Assembly: GCA_046757165.1 (NCBI GenBank) | Contig: JBHHXT010000084.1 | Coordinates: 1-19,440 of the forward strand | Length of the DNA: 19,440 nt | Reading direction: 5' to 3' | DNA from: a bacterium | GTDB lineage: Bacteria; Zhuqueibacterota; Zhuqueibacteria; Oceanimicrobiales; Oceanimicrobiaceae | In this document: positions 7,926-16,182 of the stretch, one piece after another | Layout: each line of letters opens with the position of its first letter | How positions within the stretch are numbered: position 1 is the stretch's first letter | The notes under the pieces: generated by a model | Told to the model about the DNA's origin: nothing | Databases searched by the model: none | Seen by the model: only the letters and a program-made list of their open reading frames with translations | Made by a program: the position numbers and the translations under genes

Positions 7926-9032
7926 CTACGAAGCCACCGCCCGCGCCGGGACACGGAGGAGATCACAAATGATGCTCTCCGCAACCCGCTCCAGGCGAGC
8001 GGCCGCCTCACGGACCACCGGGTCCGAGCTAAGCGCTCGACCGATCTGCTCGATGCGACTCAGGTTGCCGAGGATGAGCTTGTAGATGGGGACACACTGG
8101 TTGCCGTGGCCCCATACGACTTCGAGCCGCAGGAGCTCACCAAAGGCCCGGGTGAGTTTCGCAAACAGCTCGAGCGCGCGCTGCGGCAGCGCGTTGATGT
8201 GGATGCCCTCCAGACCGCCGAGCCCGGACAAGAAATCCCAGATCGCCGGTTGCGGATAGACCGTCGCAAAAAATTCCAGCAGCAGGTCGCTGATGCTGGC
8301 GCGCAGCTCACACAATTCACCGCTGAGACACAGATACAACAATTCAACGGCGTGCTGGAAATGGGTCAGCGCCAGGGCTTGCGCCGTCAACATGCCGACG
8401 CGCTGGTCCTCATGCCAGGCTGCCTGGAAGACATGGCGCCCGAGCCGGTACATCAGGTCGTCGAGGCGCGAGACAACATCGACGCCGCTTTGCCCCAACA
8501 ACCCGGCCGTTCCGTCGCGAAAGGGCGAGAGCCGGATGGTGTACGCCTCATGGCCCCAGCTCATCAGCTTGGCAAACCGCTCATCCAGAAGCGGGTAGCC
8601 CGGGCTCATGTAGTAGTCCTGCACGATGAGACTGTAATCAGCCCAGCAGTCGCTCTGCACCCGGCACAAGTAGTAGACCGGCATGCCATAGTCGAGCATG
8701 CGCACCTCGAACTTGAGGTCGGACCGTCCCAGGTCGCCAAGCGTGCTGCGCAATTGCATTTGGTCGGCCAGGGAGACCTTCTGTTTGCCGAAGCGGCTCT
8801 CCAGGGTGAACTCTTCCTTCAGCAGGGCGGTCATCCGGGCAACCTGCGAGATGGGCCCGCCCTGCCGGGCGAGCCGCAGCCGCAATTCATCGTAGAGACG
8901 AAGCTGTTGCAGCAAGGGCTGCAGCAAAGTTTCGGTCACTTGTGGCTCGCTGGCATAGCTATAGCCATAGCTGTACCAATCGTCCCTGGCACCAGGCTGC
9001 CCACCCTCTTTGTTTTCATGTTCTGACTTCAT
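7926..9032 (-). CDS. Hypothetical protein (~368 aa), last gene of the AAA/MoxR/vWA block
   Basis: Long ORF starting 17 nt after the vWA stop. SD GAGGTG (9044-9039) favours ATG 9032 over the track's GTG 9041. No family motif recognised. Confidence 0.8.
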   Translation of the reverse strand: MKSEHENKEGGQPGARDDWYSYGYSYASEPQVTETLLQPLLQQLRLYDELRLRLARQGGPISQVARMTALLKEEFTLESRFGKQKVSLADQMQLRSTLGDLGRSDLKFEVRMLDYGMPVYYLCRVQSDCWADYSLIVQDYYMSPGYPLLDERFAKLMSWGHEAYTIRLSPFRDGTAGLLGQSGVDVVSRLDDLMYRLGRHVFQAAWHEDQRVGMLTAQALALTHFQHAVELLYLCLSGELCELRASISDLLLEFFATVYPQPAIWDFLSGLGGLEGIHINALPQRALELFAKLTRAFGELLRLEVVWGHGNQCVPIYKLILGNLSRIEQIGRALSSDPVVREAAARLERVAESIICDLLRVPARAVAS

Positions 9033-9049
9033 TGCATTCACCTCATGCT

Positions 9050-11209
9050 TTATCGTTGTCGAGCTACCAACTTGTTTCTTTCGTTCAGGCAGGAGGCGAC
9101 GTAGACGGCGATCTTGCGCGCCACGGCCTGATAATCCGTCAGCTCCGTCCGGGTGACCCGGATGACTTTATCGAGCAGCTCTTCAAAGCCCGTTTTGCTT
9201 TCCACACCGAGCGCCACCAGCGTGGTGTGGAGCTTGTTTTGGCAGGAATCGTACAAGGACTCGAACAGCGACAGCACCTCCTGCTGGCCGGTTTTCTTGC
9301 CATTGAACGAGCGGTTCCAGGCGCAGTCGGTCAGGAGGATCAAATAGACCATTCGGCCCCGCGCCACGGCCTGCGCCTCTTGCATCATGAAGGCAAGGGA
9401 AAGCGCGTCCGATTGCACGCCGGTTCCGGTGTCTGGCAGGGTCACGACGGCCCGCGCCGCCTGCGGGCGGCCCGTTGTGGGCGTCTTCTTCGGGTGATAA
9501 ATCCACTGCACCAGCGGCCCGGCCGTCCCGGGCCGAATCGTGCCGCTGTGGTAAAGTCCGGCCAGAACCTGAATCTCGGTTTTGGCTGTGGACGTGAGCC
9601 AGGCGGCAGCAAGAAGCTTGAGCAATTGCATTTGGTTGTGATTCAACGATCCCGAGCCATCGCAGGCGATGACCAGAACCGGTCTCCCGCGACGGTCCGC
9701 CTGCTCGTGAATCCGCCAACGTTCGAAGATGGCGAGGGAAAAGTAGGCCAGGGGCAAGCGTGAATTGTCAAACCTGCTGCCGCTGGTGCAGAACCGTTGG
9801 ACGATTGGCAGTTGTTCGACGTTCGGATACAGAACGCGGCGGAGCTCTTCGGTCAGGTGTTTCGAGTCGTTCACAAGCTGTTCGTAGGCGGGCAGATCAT
9901 CCGAGAGTTCCACCGGCCGGTCAAAAAGCTCACCGTGCGCGGTTTCATTTTCGCCAAGCTGCACCGTCACCTCATGGCCGTCGGCGGGATTGCCTTCAAC
10001 CGGGCCGGGTTCAAAACCACTCGCCCGCAGGGCGACCTCGACCAGGTCGGAACGCATGTCCTCCCACTCCTTCTGCTGTCCGCCCGCTTGCATGACGGTT
10101 TCGCTGAAGTCGGTCAGGAGCTCCTGGACTGCCTCCGGCACCGCCTCATCCATCTCACCGGAAGGGGGCGAAAGGGTGTCCTCGTATTCGTTCCGGCCGG
10201 CATTCAGCATGGACTCTTGAACCTGCTCAGGCAGATCGCCTCGCTCAAAAAGCGAAGGCGGCTGCTGTCCATCCAATGGCGGGACGTTTTCGTCGAAAGT
10301 GGGGCTGGCTGGTTTGTTGTCAAACTCGAAGTCCATGGCCTCGCCCGCCTTTTGCAACCGTTCCAGGATATCAGCAGGCAGAGACTCCCTGTGGTCGCGT
10401 GGCGCTGATTTTGGCAGAAAGTGGGCAAGCTGGCGGCATATATCGGCAACCCACATGGCACCGAGGTCGACCAGCTCATCTGATCTGGTCTCAGAAATGA
10501 CCGCAAAATAGGTCGCACTGGCGGTCCACACGACGTGAAAGATTCGCTGTGTCATGGGATGGAGCCCGAGCGCTTGCCAATTCGGGTAGATGTCCCCGTA
10601 CAAAACAACCCCCTCGACAATTTCAGGCAGCGACCGGAATTTGAGATTTTGCATGGAGGCCGAAAAGAGACGATAGACCTCGACCGCTGCCATGCCGGGC
10701 GTGCGCGAGAGGTCTTCCATGAGCAAGCGCGTCTCGACGATCTTCGTGACCCGCACCGCCACCTCCTTGTAGACCCCTGGCTCGGCCTCCACCTGGTCGT
10801 GGCCGGCCGGATCCTCGAGGTAGTTTTGCACATATTCCTGCAGCGTGCTCCCCTGTGCCCGTGCCCGGAACTCCAGGAAGCCGGTCAGACCGATTGCGGC
10901 AAAGGCGGCATGCGTTGCCGGATAAGTCGAGTAGCATGGGCTGATCTGCGGCTTGACCAGTGGCTTGAAGCCGTTGCCATTGGATTGCCCGGAGAGCCGG
11001 GCCGCAGCCCGCTGGTACCGCTTCACCAACCGATAGAACATCTTTTGTGCCGGCAGGCGCACGTAGTAGTCGAGGTTCGCTTTGAAAGCGTCGCCAACGC
11101 TGATTCCAGCCCAGTCCGTCTTGCTGCGACGCGGCCGGTAGGAATAGGAGGCGCCGGAGTCTGACTCGTGGAGCGTCATTTGTACGGCGTGGTCGGGTCT
11201 TGTGGTCAT
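9050..11209 (-). CDS. von Willebrand factor A (vWA) domain protein, MoxR/CobT-type partner, 719 aa
   Basis: C-terminal MIDAS motifs VLVIACDGSGS (DxSxS), TGTGVQSDALSL and LILLTD, preceded by a SGSRFD..RL segment and an acidic/Pro-rich linker. SD GAGGAG before ATG; adjacent to a MoxR-like ATPase. Confidence 0.88.
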   Translation of the reverse strand: MTTRPDHAVQMTLHESDSGASYSYRPRRSKTDWAGISVGDAFKANLDYYVRLPAQKMFYRLVKRYQRAAARLSGQSNGNGFKPLVKPQISPCYSTYPATHAAFAAIGLTGFLEFRARAQGSTLQEYVQNYLEDPAGHDQVEAEPGVYKEVAVRVTKIVETRLLMEDLSRTPGMAAVEVYRLFSASMQNLKFRSLPEIVEGVVLYGDIYPNWQALGLHPMTQRIFHVVWTASATYFAVISETRSDELVDLGAMWVADICRQLAHFLPKSAPRDHRESLPADILERLQKAGEAMDFEFDNKPASPTFDENVPPLDGQQPPSLFERGDLPEQVQESMLNAGRNEYEDTLSPPSGEMDEAVPEAVQELLTDFSETVMQAGGQQKEWEDMRSDLVEVALRASGFEPGPVEGNPADGHEVTVQLGENETAHGELFDRPVELSDDLPAYEQLVNDSKHLTEELRRVLYPNVEQLPIVQRFCTSGSRFDNSRLPLAYFSLAIFERWRIHEQADRRGRPVLVIACDGSGSLNHNQMQLLKLLAAAWLTSTAKTEIQVLAGLYHSGTIRPGTAGPLVQWIYHPKKTPTTGRPQAARAVVTLPDTGTGVQSDALSLAFMMQEAQAVARGRMVYLILLTDCAWNRSFNGKKTGQQEVLSLFESLYDSCQNKLHTTLVALGVESKTGFEELLDKVIRVTRTELTDYQAVARKIAVYVASCLNERNKLVARQR

Positions 11210-11250
11210 CGTGATCTCCTCTGAGCTTGATTATTCCTGGTAAAGGTTCC

Positions 11251-11322
11251 AACACAGTCTCTGACTGTGTTTTCGTGTCCTGGCCAGCACCCTGGGCCTC
11301 AAGTACACGGTCAGAGACCGTG
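11251..11322. repeat. Inverted pair of short REP-like hairpins (REPIN-like doublet)
   Basis: aacacagtc-tct-gactgtgtt (11251-11271, 9-bp stem) and cacggtc-aga-gaccgtg (11306-11322, 7-bp stem); the two are reverse-complement copies of each other. Confidence 0.7.
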
Positions 11323-11339
11323 CAGGGATCAGTGCCGGT

Positions 11340-12350
11340 TCAAAACAAGTTCTCAGCAAGGTCCAGCTCTTCCTCGTGCACGGAGTGCAGGCCGAACACT
11401 TTGTTGAGCACGCCAGGAATCAATTTCTTGTCTTCATCGCTGGCATTGCCCAGGAGGGTGGCCAGGGCCACTTGCTGCAGCGTCAGGTGCCGCATCTTTT
11501 CGGCCATGGTCAGGAAGGCCAGATAGCCGTAGATGGTTGGCGGTGGCACCGATTGCAGCGCGCCTTCCGAGCGCGCCTTGCGAATGGTCTGGCCCATGTT
11601 CACGACCTTCTCGACCAGCTCATGATCGGCCTCTTGCTTTGCGGCGCGCAGGAGGTGCTTCAGCACGATGACTTCGTGTTCTGCAGGCAGATAATCCAGA
11701 GTCAAGTTGATCGAAAACCGCCTTTTGAGCGCATCATCGAGCGTCACCAGCGTGTGCGTCGAGTCGCTTTCCGCCTGATAATTGCTGTCGGCGACCCAGG
11801 CGATGCCCTGCCCGGCGATGCGCGTGGCATCCGGCAAGATGATGTCGCCTTTGGTCATGAGGTTCAACAGCCCGCCCTGCACGCTGGAGGAATGGACGCG
11901 CCCCATTTCACGCAGCCAGATCAGCGGGTAGGCGGCGTTCTTGTTGGCGGCGATTTCTTCCAGTGCCTGCACCAGCGTGCTCTTTTCATCATAGGTGGTG
12001 CCATTGGCCAGGGCACGGCGTTGGTACAGCTCACCCGGGGCCTCGAAAGTCGCCATCTCGATGGGATAGACCTCGAGCGGCTTTTCGGTGAATTTCAGCG
12101 CTGCGGCCACCGGCATGAAGTTGTCCGGCACCAGATACAGGGCCTCCAACAGCGAGCTCTTCGCACTGCCCGTGGGCCCGCTCAAGTGGATAAACTCGTG
12201 ATTGACAATGCCGTAAACCAGCGTCTCGAGTACCCATTTGCTGATGAAAAGCGGGGTGCCGCCGGGCACGGGTTCCAGCATAATCAGATCGGTTGGTCCG
12301 GCAGTGAGGTACTCCTTTTGTCTGCTGACGCGAAAGATTTGTTTAGCCAT
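11340..12350 (-). CDS. MoxR/CbbQ/NirQ-like AAA+ ATPase, 336 aa
   Basis: Walker A GPTGSAKS, Walker B region LIWLREMGR (canonical LDEINR), VQGGLLNLM, sensor-1 VADSN, Arg finger LDDALKRRF, LDYLPAEHE. SD GGAGGAG. Confidence 0.88.
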   Translation of the reverse strand: MAKQIFRVSRQKEYLTAGPTDLIMLEPVPGGTPLFISKWVLETLVYGIVNHEFIHLSGPTGSAKSSLLEALYLVPDNFMPVAAALKFTEKPLEVYPIEMATFEAPGELYQRRALANGTTYDEKSTLVQALEEIAANKNAAYPLIWLREMGRVHSSSVQGGLLNLMTKGDIILPDATRIAGQGIAWVADSNYQAESDSTHTLVTLDDALKRRFSINLTLDYLPAEHEVIVLKHLLRAAKQEADHELVEKVVNMGQTIRKARSEGALQSVPPPTIYGYLAFLTMAEKMRHLTLQQVALATLLGNASDEDKKLIPGVLNKVFGLHSVHEEELDLAENLF

Positions 12351-12443
12351 AGCTCCTCCAGCGATGTTGTTGAGTAAGATGATCCAATTTATTTCGCAGA
12401 CTTCGCTGCGGAAAAAGTCATTTAGCGCTTCGCGCCGTCATTT

Positions 12444-12494
12444 GCCCTGCGGGCGTCATTTGGTCCTTGGGTGCGCAATGACGCCCCGCAGGGC
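12444..12494. repeat. Intergenic inverted repeat with tandem gtcatt units
   Basis: gccctgcgggcgtcatt (12444-12460) pairs with aatgacgccccgcagggc (12477-12494) with one bulge; gtcattt occurs three times between 12417 and 12461. Confidence 0.65.
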
Positions 12495-12520
12495 TATTGA
12501 CAACACCTGAAGAGCCAAGC

Positions 12521-14752
12521 TCAAATGAAGGAAAGCTGTAATTGCGCTGCGCCCGGCACCGCTTGCACCACCAGTGTCTTGCCCGCAGGTGGTGGCTTGC
12601 GCTCCTGCACCTGCATCAGGGCGGCGGCGCTCATGGCCCGGGCTTTCTCCAACAGGGCGCGCGCGCCGGAAGAGAGAATGTTCTCGTCAAAAGCCTTCAT
12701 CAGGTCCGAGCCCAGACCGCCCGCGAGCTGCACTTGCCCAACCTCCAGTCGCAGCCGTTCACACCCCGAAACCAGGGCCTGGCGCACAGCGGTTTCGACG
12801 ATGGCCGCCAGAGCCCCCTCGTCCAGGGGCTCGAACATGATCGGCGACCCCACACGGCTCAAAAACGCATTGGAGAGCATCTCCTTTATTTCGAATTCGA
12901 CCCGCTTGCGGACCTCGCGCTGGGACAGGGTGTTTTGGAACCCCAGGACTTTGCGCACCGACTCGTCGAGATTGTTGGGCAGATTGATGGTGAAAGCAAA
13001 AATGAGATTGGCGCACGAAAACATGGCCCCCGCAGCGCTCTGAGCCTCTCCCGTCTCCAGCACCTGCAGAAACAAGTCCGCCAGCGCCGCGCGGACGGCG
13101 GGCACCGCGTGGTCGAGGTCACTGACTTCGATCACGGCGCCGGTGTGGTGTTTGGCGGCTTCTTCCAGACGACCGCTTTTATGGGAGTCCACAATGCCAC
13201 GGGCGGAGCCGAGCAATTGCGACCGCGCCGTATAGTGGTCTGGCATGCTGGCTGCGTCGATATTGATAAACGGCACGCCAAGCCTCTGAGCGATCAAGTA
13301 AGCACTTTTCGACTTTCCTGTTCCCGGCGTCCCCTGCGCCAGATATCGGATCGGCTGGTGTGCCGGGCGCGTCAGGCACTCCATCTGCAGACGCGAGACC
13401 AGCTCGGTGAGCGCATCATCCTGCCCGAGCAGCTCGCTCTGCAAAAACGGCAGCAGGTCCGGGTCTGTCAAAGCGCTGGTCAGCCGTTCTTGCACGCGTG
13501 GCGACCGGGACGGCGTCCGCTTCTGGTCGAGCCCGGAGAATGTTTCCACCAGGGTTTGCACGTTGGCCAGGAATTCGCTGCCGCCCGCGAAGCTGTCGCC
13601 GCGATGCCAGGCGCCGATCTCCCGGTTGACCAGGAATGGCAGAAGACGCAGCCGGTCCGAAACAGGGACGGTTTCCAGCACCTGCATGATATTCTTCTGA
13701 ATTTTTTCCGCCTCGGCCTGTGGGATTCCGCCTCCTGCCGCGCCGAAATGGCGCACGGCAAACCGGGTGAGCACCTCCAGGGGAATTTCTGGGCAGTGGC
13801 GCACCACCGGAGAAAGCGGATCATGCTCGCCCCCCTGGCCGCCGCGAAAAACAGCCTGCAACTGTTGATAGGTGCCGGTAAAAAGCACGGCCTTCTGGCT
13901 GGCAGCCAGCGCCTGCAGCAAGGCCCGTACTTCGCGGCCCAATTCATACGGATTCGAGCCAAGATTGAGGGTGACGGCCGGCAGAACCAGGACCCCGGGC
14001 GCCTTGCCAGCCAGCTCGATCACGGCCGGCGCCGGAATGGCCGGCAGTTTGAACCGACCGAAAGAGCGTCCGCTCTGCTGTCCCGCCCAGGCCAGGGCAG
14101 AAAGCGCGAACTGCTCGACAATGGCGCACGGCACGGCGAGGGCAACAGTCAACCCGGCGGTCAAGTAGTCGACGGTCTCAGCAGCCCAAGCATGCACGTC
14201 GATAAGCGCACCGCTATCCTCGTCCCACGCCACAACCGGGTCCAGAAACTTTGCCACAGGTTTATATTGTTTCAGCAAGCTGATATCCTGCCGCACCGCC
14301 GGCAGCTCAGCTTGCAGTGATTTTGCCAGCGCGTCAATTTTTTGCACTTCAGACAAAAAAGCGTTCGAGCGCGTCAGGGACATGGGTGCCGCCCGGACCT
14401 GCATTTCGACCCAGAGCGAGACTTCATCGGACTCAGGCTCCTGTGTTGTCCGCCAGCGCACCTTGTCACTTAGACCGGATAAACGTTGCATCATGTTAAC
14501 CAGCGAGACACGCATGTCAGCGCCGGCCCGCACTAGCTCGAACAGCACGGTCATGGTTTCCGCGCCGAGCTCGCCCCTGGCCGCCAGGATGCCCGGCTCA
14601 TTTGCCCCTTCACGCCTGGCAGCATGAAAAATGTCAGACGGCGTGCGCCAGACAACATCCAGGTTGAGGGCGCGCTGGAGCAAGTCTGCGACTTGCCCGA
14701 AAGCTTGTTCCGCAGAAGTCGAACAGTAAAGGCTTCTTTCTAGTGGCTCCAT
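12521..14752 (-). CDS. Clp/Hsp100 D2-type AAA+ protein with degenerate motifs and an unrecognised N-terminal region, 743 aa
   Basis: The C-terminal ~310 aa follow ClpA/B D2: LLGQDDAL, Walker A GTPGTGKS, SQLLGSARGIVD (for SRLIGAPPGYVG), VIEVSDLDHA (for LLDEIEKA), LFLQVLETGE, IFAFTIN, FLSRV..PIMFEPL, GARAL. The central part looks like a relic AAA fold without a Walker A motif. Confidence 0.85.
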   Translation of the reverse strand: MEPLERSLYCSTSAEQAFGQVADLLQRALNLDVVWRTPSDIFHAARREGANEPGILAARGELGAETMTVLFELVRAGADMRVSLVNMMQRLSGLSDKVRWRTTQEPESDEVSLWVEMQVRAAPMSLTRSNAFLSEVQKIDALAKSLQAELPAVRQDISLLKQYKPVAKFLDPVVAWDEDSGALIDVHAWAAETVDYLTAGLTVALAVPCAIVEQFALSALAWAGQQSGRSFGRFKLPAIPAPAVIELAGKAPGVLVLPAVTLNLGSNPYELGREVRALLQALAASQKAVLFTGTYQQLQAVFRGGQGGEHDPLSPVVRHCPEIPLEVLTRFAVRHFGAAGGGIPQAEAEKIQKNIMQVLETVPVSDRLRLLPFLVNREIGAWHRGDSFAGGSEFLANVQTLVETFSGLDQKRTPSRSPRVQERLTSALTDPDLLPFLQSELLGQDDALTELVSRLQMECLTRPAHQPIRYLAQGTPGTGKSKSAYLIAQRLGVPFINIDAASMPDHYTARSQLLGSARGIVDSHKSGRLEEAAKHHTGAVIEVSDLDHAVPAVRAALADLFLQVLETGEAQSAAGAMFSCANLIFAFTINLPNNLDESVRKVLGFQNTLSQREVRKRVEFEIKEMLSNAFLSRVGSPIMFEPLDEGALAAIVETAVRQALVSGCERLRLEVGQVQLAGGLGSDLMKAFDENILSSGARALLEKARAMSAAALMQVQERKPPPAGKTLVVQAVPGAAQLQLSFI

Positions 14753-14778
14753 GTCGCGTTCTTGTTCCTCCCAGGTTA

Positions 14779-14900
14779 GGGTCCACCCAGATTCGCGCTC
14801 ATTCGTGCCAATTCATGGCCAATGGTTTTATTCCCCTCAGATGGGGTCCATCCAAATTCGTGCTCATTCGTGCCAATTCGTGGCCAATGGTTTTACTCCT
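14779..14900. repeat. Tandem direct repeat, 2 x ~57 bp with 65-bp period, containing attcgtg units
   Basis: gggtccacccagattcgcgctcattcgtgccaattcatggccaatggttttattccc (from 14779) versus gggtccatccaaattcgtgctcattcgtgccaattcgtggccaatggttttactcct (from 14844). Confidence 0.85.
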
Positions 14901-15071
14901 TCTGGAGCGAAGACCGGGGCATGTCGTGCGCCTTTACCCTTCATGACCTTGCGCTGCCGAGCTATCTGACATTGCAATCCGAGGTTTTTCATTTTTCTTT
15001 CTGAGCCAGAACCTTGCGGGTGTCCAAAAAGACGGATCAAATTGTGGACTCTTTGAGGCGTAATTATCGGG

Positions 15072-15233
15072 GCTGTCCAAAAAGGTTCCTCGTGCCTGTC
15101 ATTTCGAGCGAAGCGAGAAATCTGTTCGTGAAGGGACTGCGATGTAAGTAGTTGTTTTCGTGAGTCCTACGATTGTTGTCTTGTCAGATTCCTCCCTTCG
15201 GTCGGAATGACATTTCTGGTCTTTTTGGACAGC
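15072..15233. mobile_element. MITE-like nested inverted-repeat element (tgtcatt(t/c)cg...agatt family), copy 1
   Basis: Outer 13-bp IR gctgtccaaaaag (15072-15084) / ctttttggacagc (15221-15233); inner arms tgtcatttcgagcgaagcgagaaatct (15097-15123) / agattcctcccttcggtcggaatgaca (15186-15212). No transposase in the window. Confidence 0.6.
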
Positions 15234-15322
15234 TCCGTTACGTATTCGGATAGATTTTTGCAGCAGCAACTGGGTGTTCCCCGATTTGCGAGGCTATTTT
15301 TGTGGAACTTACAGCCTGAAGA

Positions 15323-15356
15323 CAACCTTGCGAAGGGATTGAACCTTCGCAAGGTT
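15323..15356. repeat. REP-like palindrome (intergenic copy of the element at 828-859)
   Basis: aaccttgcgaagg (15324-15336) / ccttcgcaaggtt (15344-15356), a perfect 13-bp stem with a 7-nt loop. Confidence 0.85.
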
Positions 15357-15451
15357 TGTTCGCTTGAATGTACGGTGAGAAAATTTTTCTGCATCTTGGT
15401 TGGTTGGTTGTATTTTTTTGTTGGAAACCAACCAGAAAGGACGGACAGCCC

Positions 15452-15919
15452 ATGACGATTCAGCAGGCAGCTTTCAGGATTCTCCACGAAAGGTCAAGAC
15501 CAATGTCAGCGAAAGAGATTGCTCAGACCGTATTAGATAGGAAGTGGAAGAAAAGCGATTCCCGGGATCCGGTGACTTCCCTGGCACAGGCGCTCGAGAA
15601 AAACATCCGTGGCGGGGTGTATAATGATCCGGAGCTCGTTTTCATTCGCGGTGAACGAGGCCGGCGGATAGGGCTGCCGGCGTGGAAGGATGTCCGAACC
15701 GTTCCTGCACCCGACACCTCGAGCACGCGAGAAATCAGATTGTATATTCCGGAGACCCTGCACGACAAGCTGCATCTTGCAGCTCAGGCCAAGATCGCCA
15801 GCTCTTTTGAAGAAACCGTGATCGTGGTTCTGCAGAAAGGACTGAACGCCCTTTCTGCGCAAATCAAACAAGGTGTCGCAAAACAGCTCGACCAACTCGA
15901 TGAATTGTGCAGCTTATGA
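15452..15919 (+). CDS. HARE-HTH (HB1/ASXL/restriction endonuclease winged HTH) protein with a C-terminal ribbon-helix-helix-like segment, 155 aa
   Basis: ATG 15452 after AAAGGA. MTIQQAAFRILHERSRPMSAKEIAQTVLDR...DPVTSLAQAL...FIRGERGRRIGLPAW matches the HARE-HTH pattern (AA..IL.....PM...EI......P..S....L....F.R...G..GL..W). EIRLYIPETLHDKLHLAA is RHH-like. Confidence 0.78.
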   Translation: MTIQQAAFRILHERSRPMSAKEIAQTVLDRKWKKSDSRDPVTSLAQALEKNIRGGVYNDPELVFIRGERGRRIGLPAWKDVRTVPAPDTSSTREIRLYIPETLHDKLHLAAQAKIASSFEETVIVVLQKGLNALSAQIKQGVAKQLDQLDELCSL

Positions 15920-15928
15920 ATGTTTTTG

Positions 15929-15957
15929 TTGACACAATCATTTATTTTTTGTATAAA
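15929..15957 (+). promoter_or_regulatory. Near-consensus sigma70 promoter
   Basis: TTGACA (15929-15934), 17-nt spacer, TATAAA (15952-15957), pointing toward the Clp gene. Confidence 0.65.
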
Positions 15958-15998
15958 AATAGTCCGGGCAAAGAGATGGCGGTCCAGTAATCAATTAG

Positions 15999-16182
15999 TG
16001 ATTGATCGAAAACGATGAAACGTTTCCAAGAGGGGTGTCATTCCGAACCCGTTGTTCAGGGTGAGGAATCTGTCATCGCAGATTGGGACATTAAAAAACA
16101 AAGCCTTAAAGGCAATTAGTCTGTGCATTGACAGATTTCTCCCGTTGGTCGAAATGACAGCGACGGCGTTTTCGGTCAATCA
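15999..16182. mobile_element. MITE-like nested inverted-repeat element (tgtcatt(t/c)cg...agatt family), copy 2
   Basis: Outer IR tgattgatcgaaaacg (15999-16014) / cgttttcggtcaatca (16167-16182), 15/16 match; inner arms tgtcattccgaaccc...gaggaatctgtca (from 16036) / tgacagatttctcccgttggtcgaaatgaca (to 16159). Confidence 0.6.

Noticed and set aside
9050..12350. Cobaltochelatase CobS/CobT or nitric-oxide reductase NorQ/NorD assignment
   Set aside because: Same AAA+/vWA architecture, but no cobalamin, denitrification or Rubisco genes are nearby and the motifs are divergent.
12542..14320. 592-aa plus-strand ORF, and similar ones at 1924-3060, 3064-4101, 7716-9026 and 11376-12377
   Set aside because: Antisense shadows of well-supported minus-strand genes; no SD or domain evidence.
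14779..14900. Possible mini CRISPR array
   Set aside because: Only two long imperfect copies separated by about 8 nt, no unique spacers of normal length and no cas genes.
15368..15451. Track's 28-aa N-terminal extension of the HARE-HTH ORF, which looks hydrophobic
   Set aside because: It translates the TTGG repeat region; the SD and the domain start support ATG 15452.
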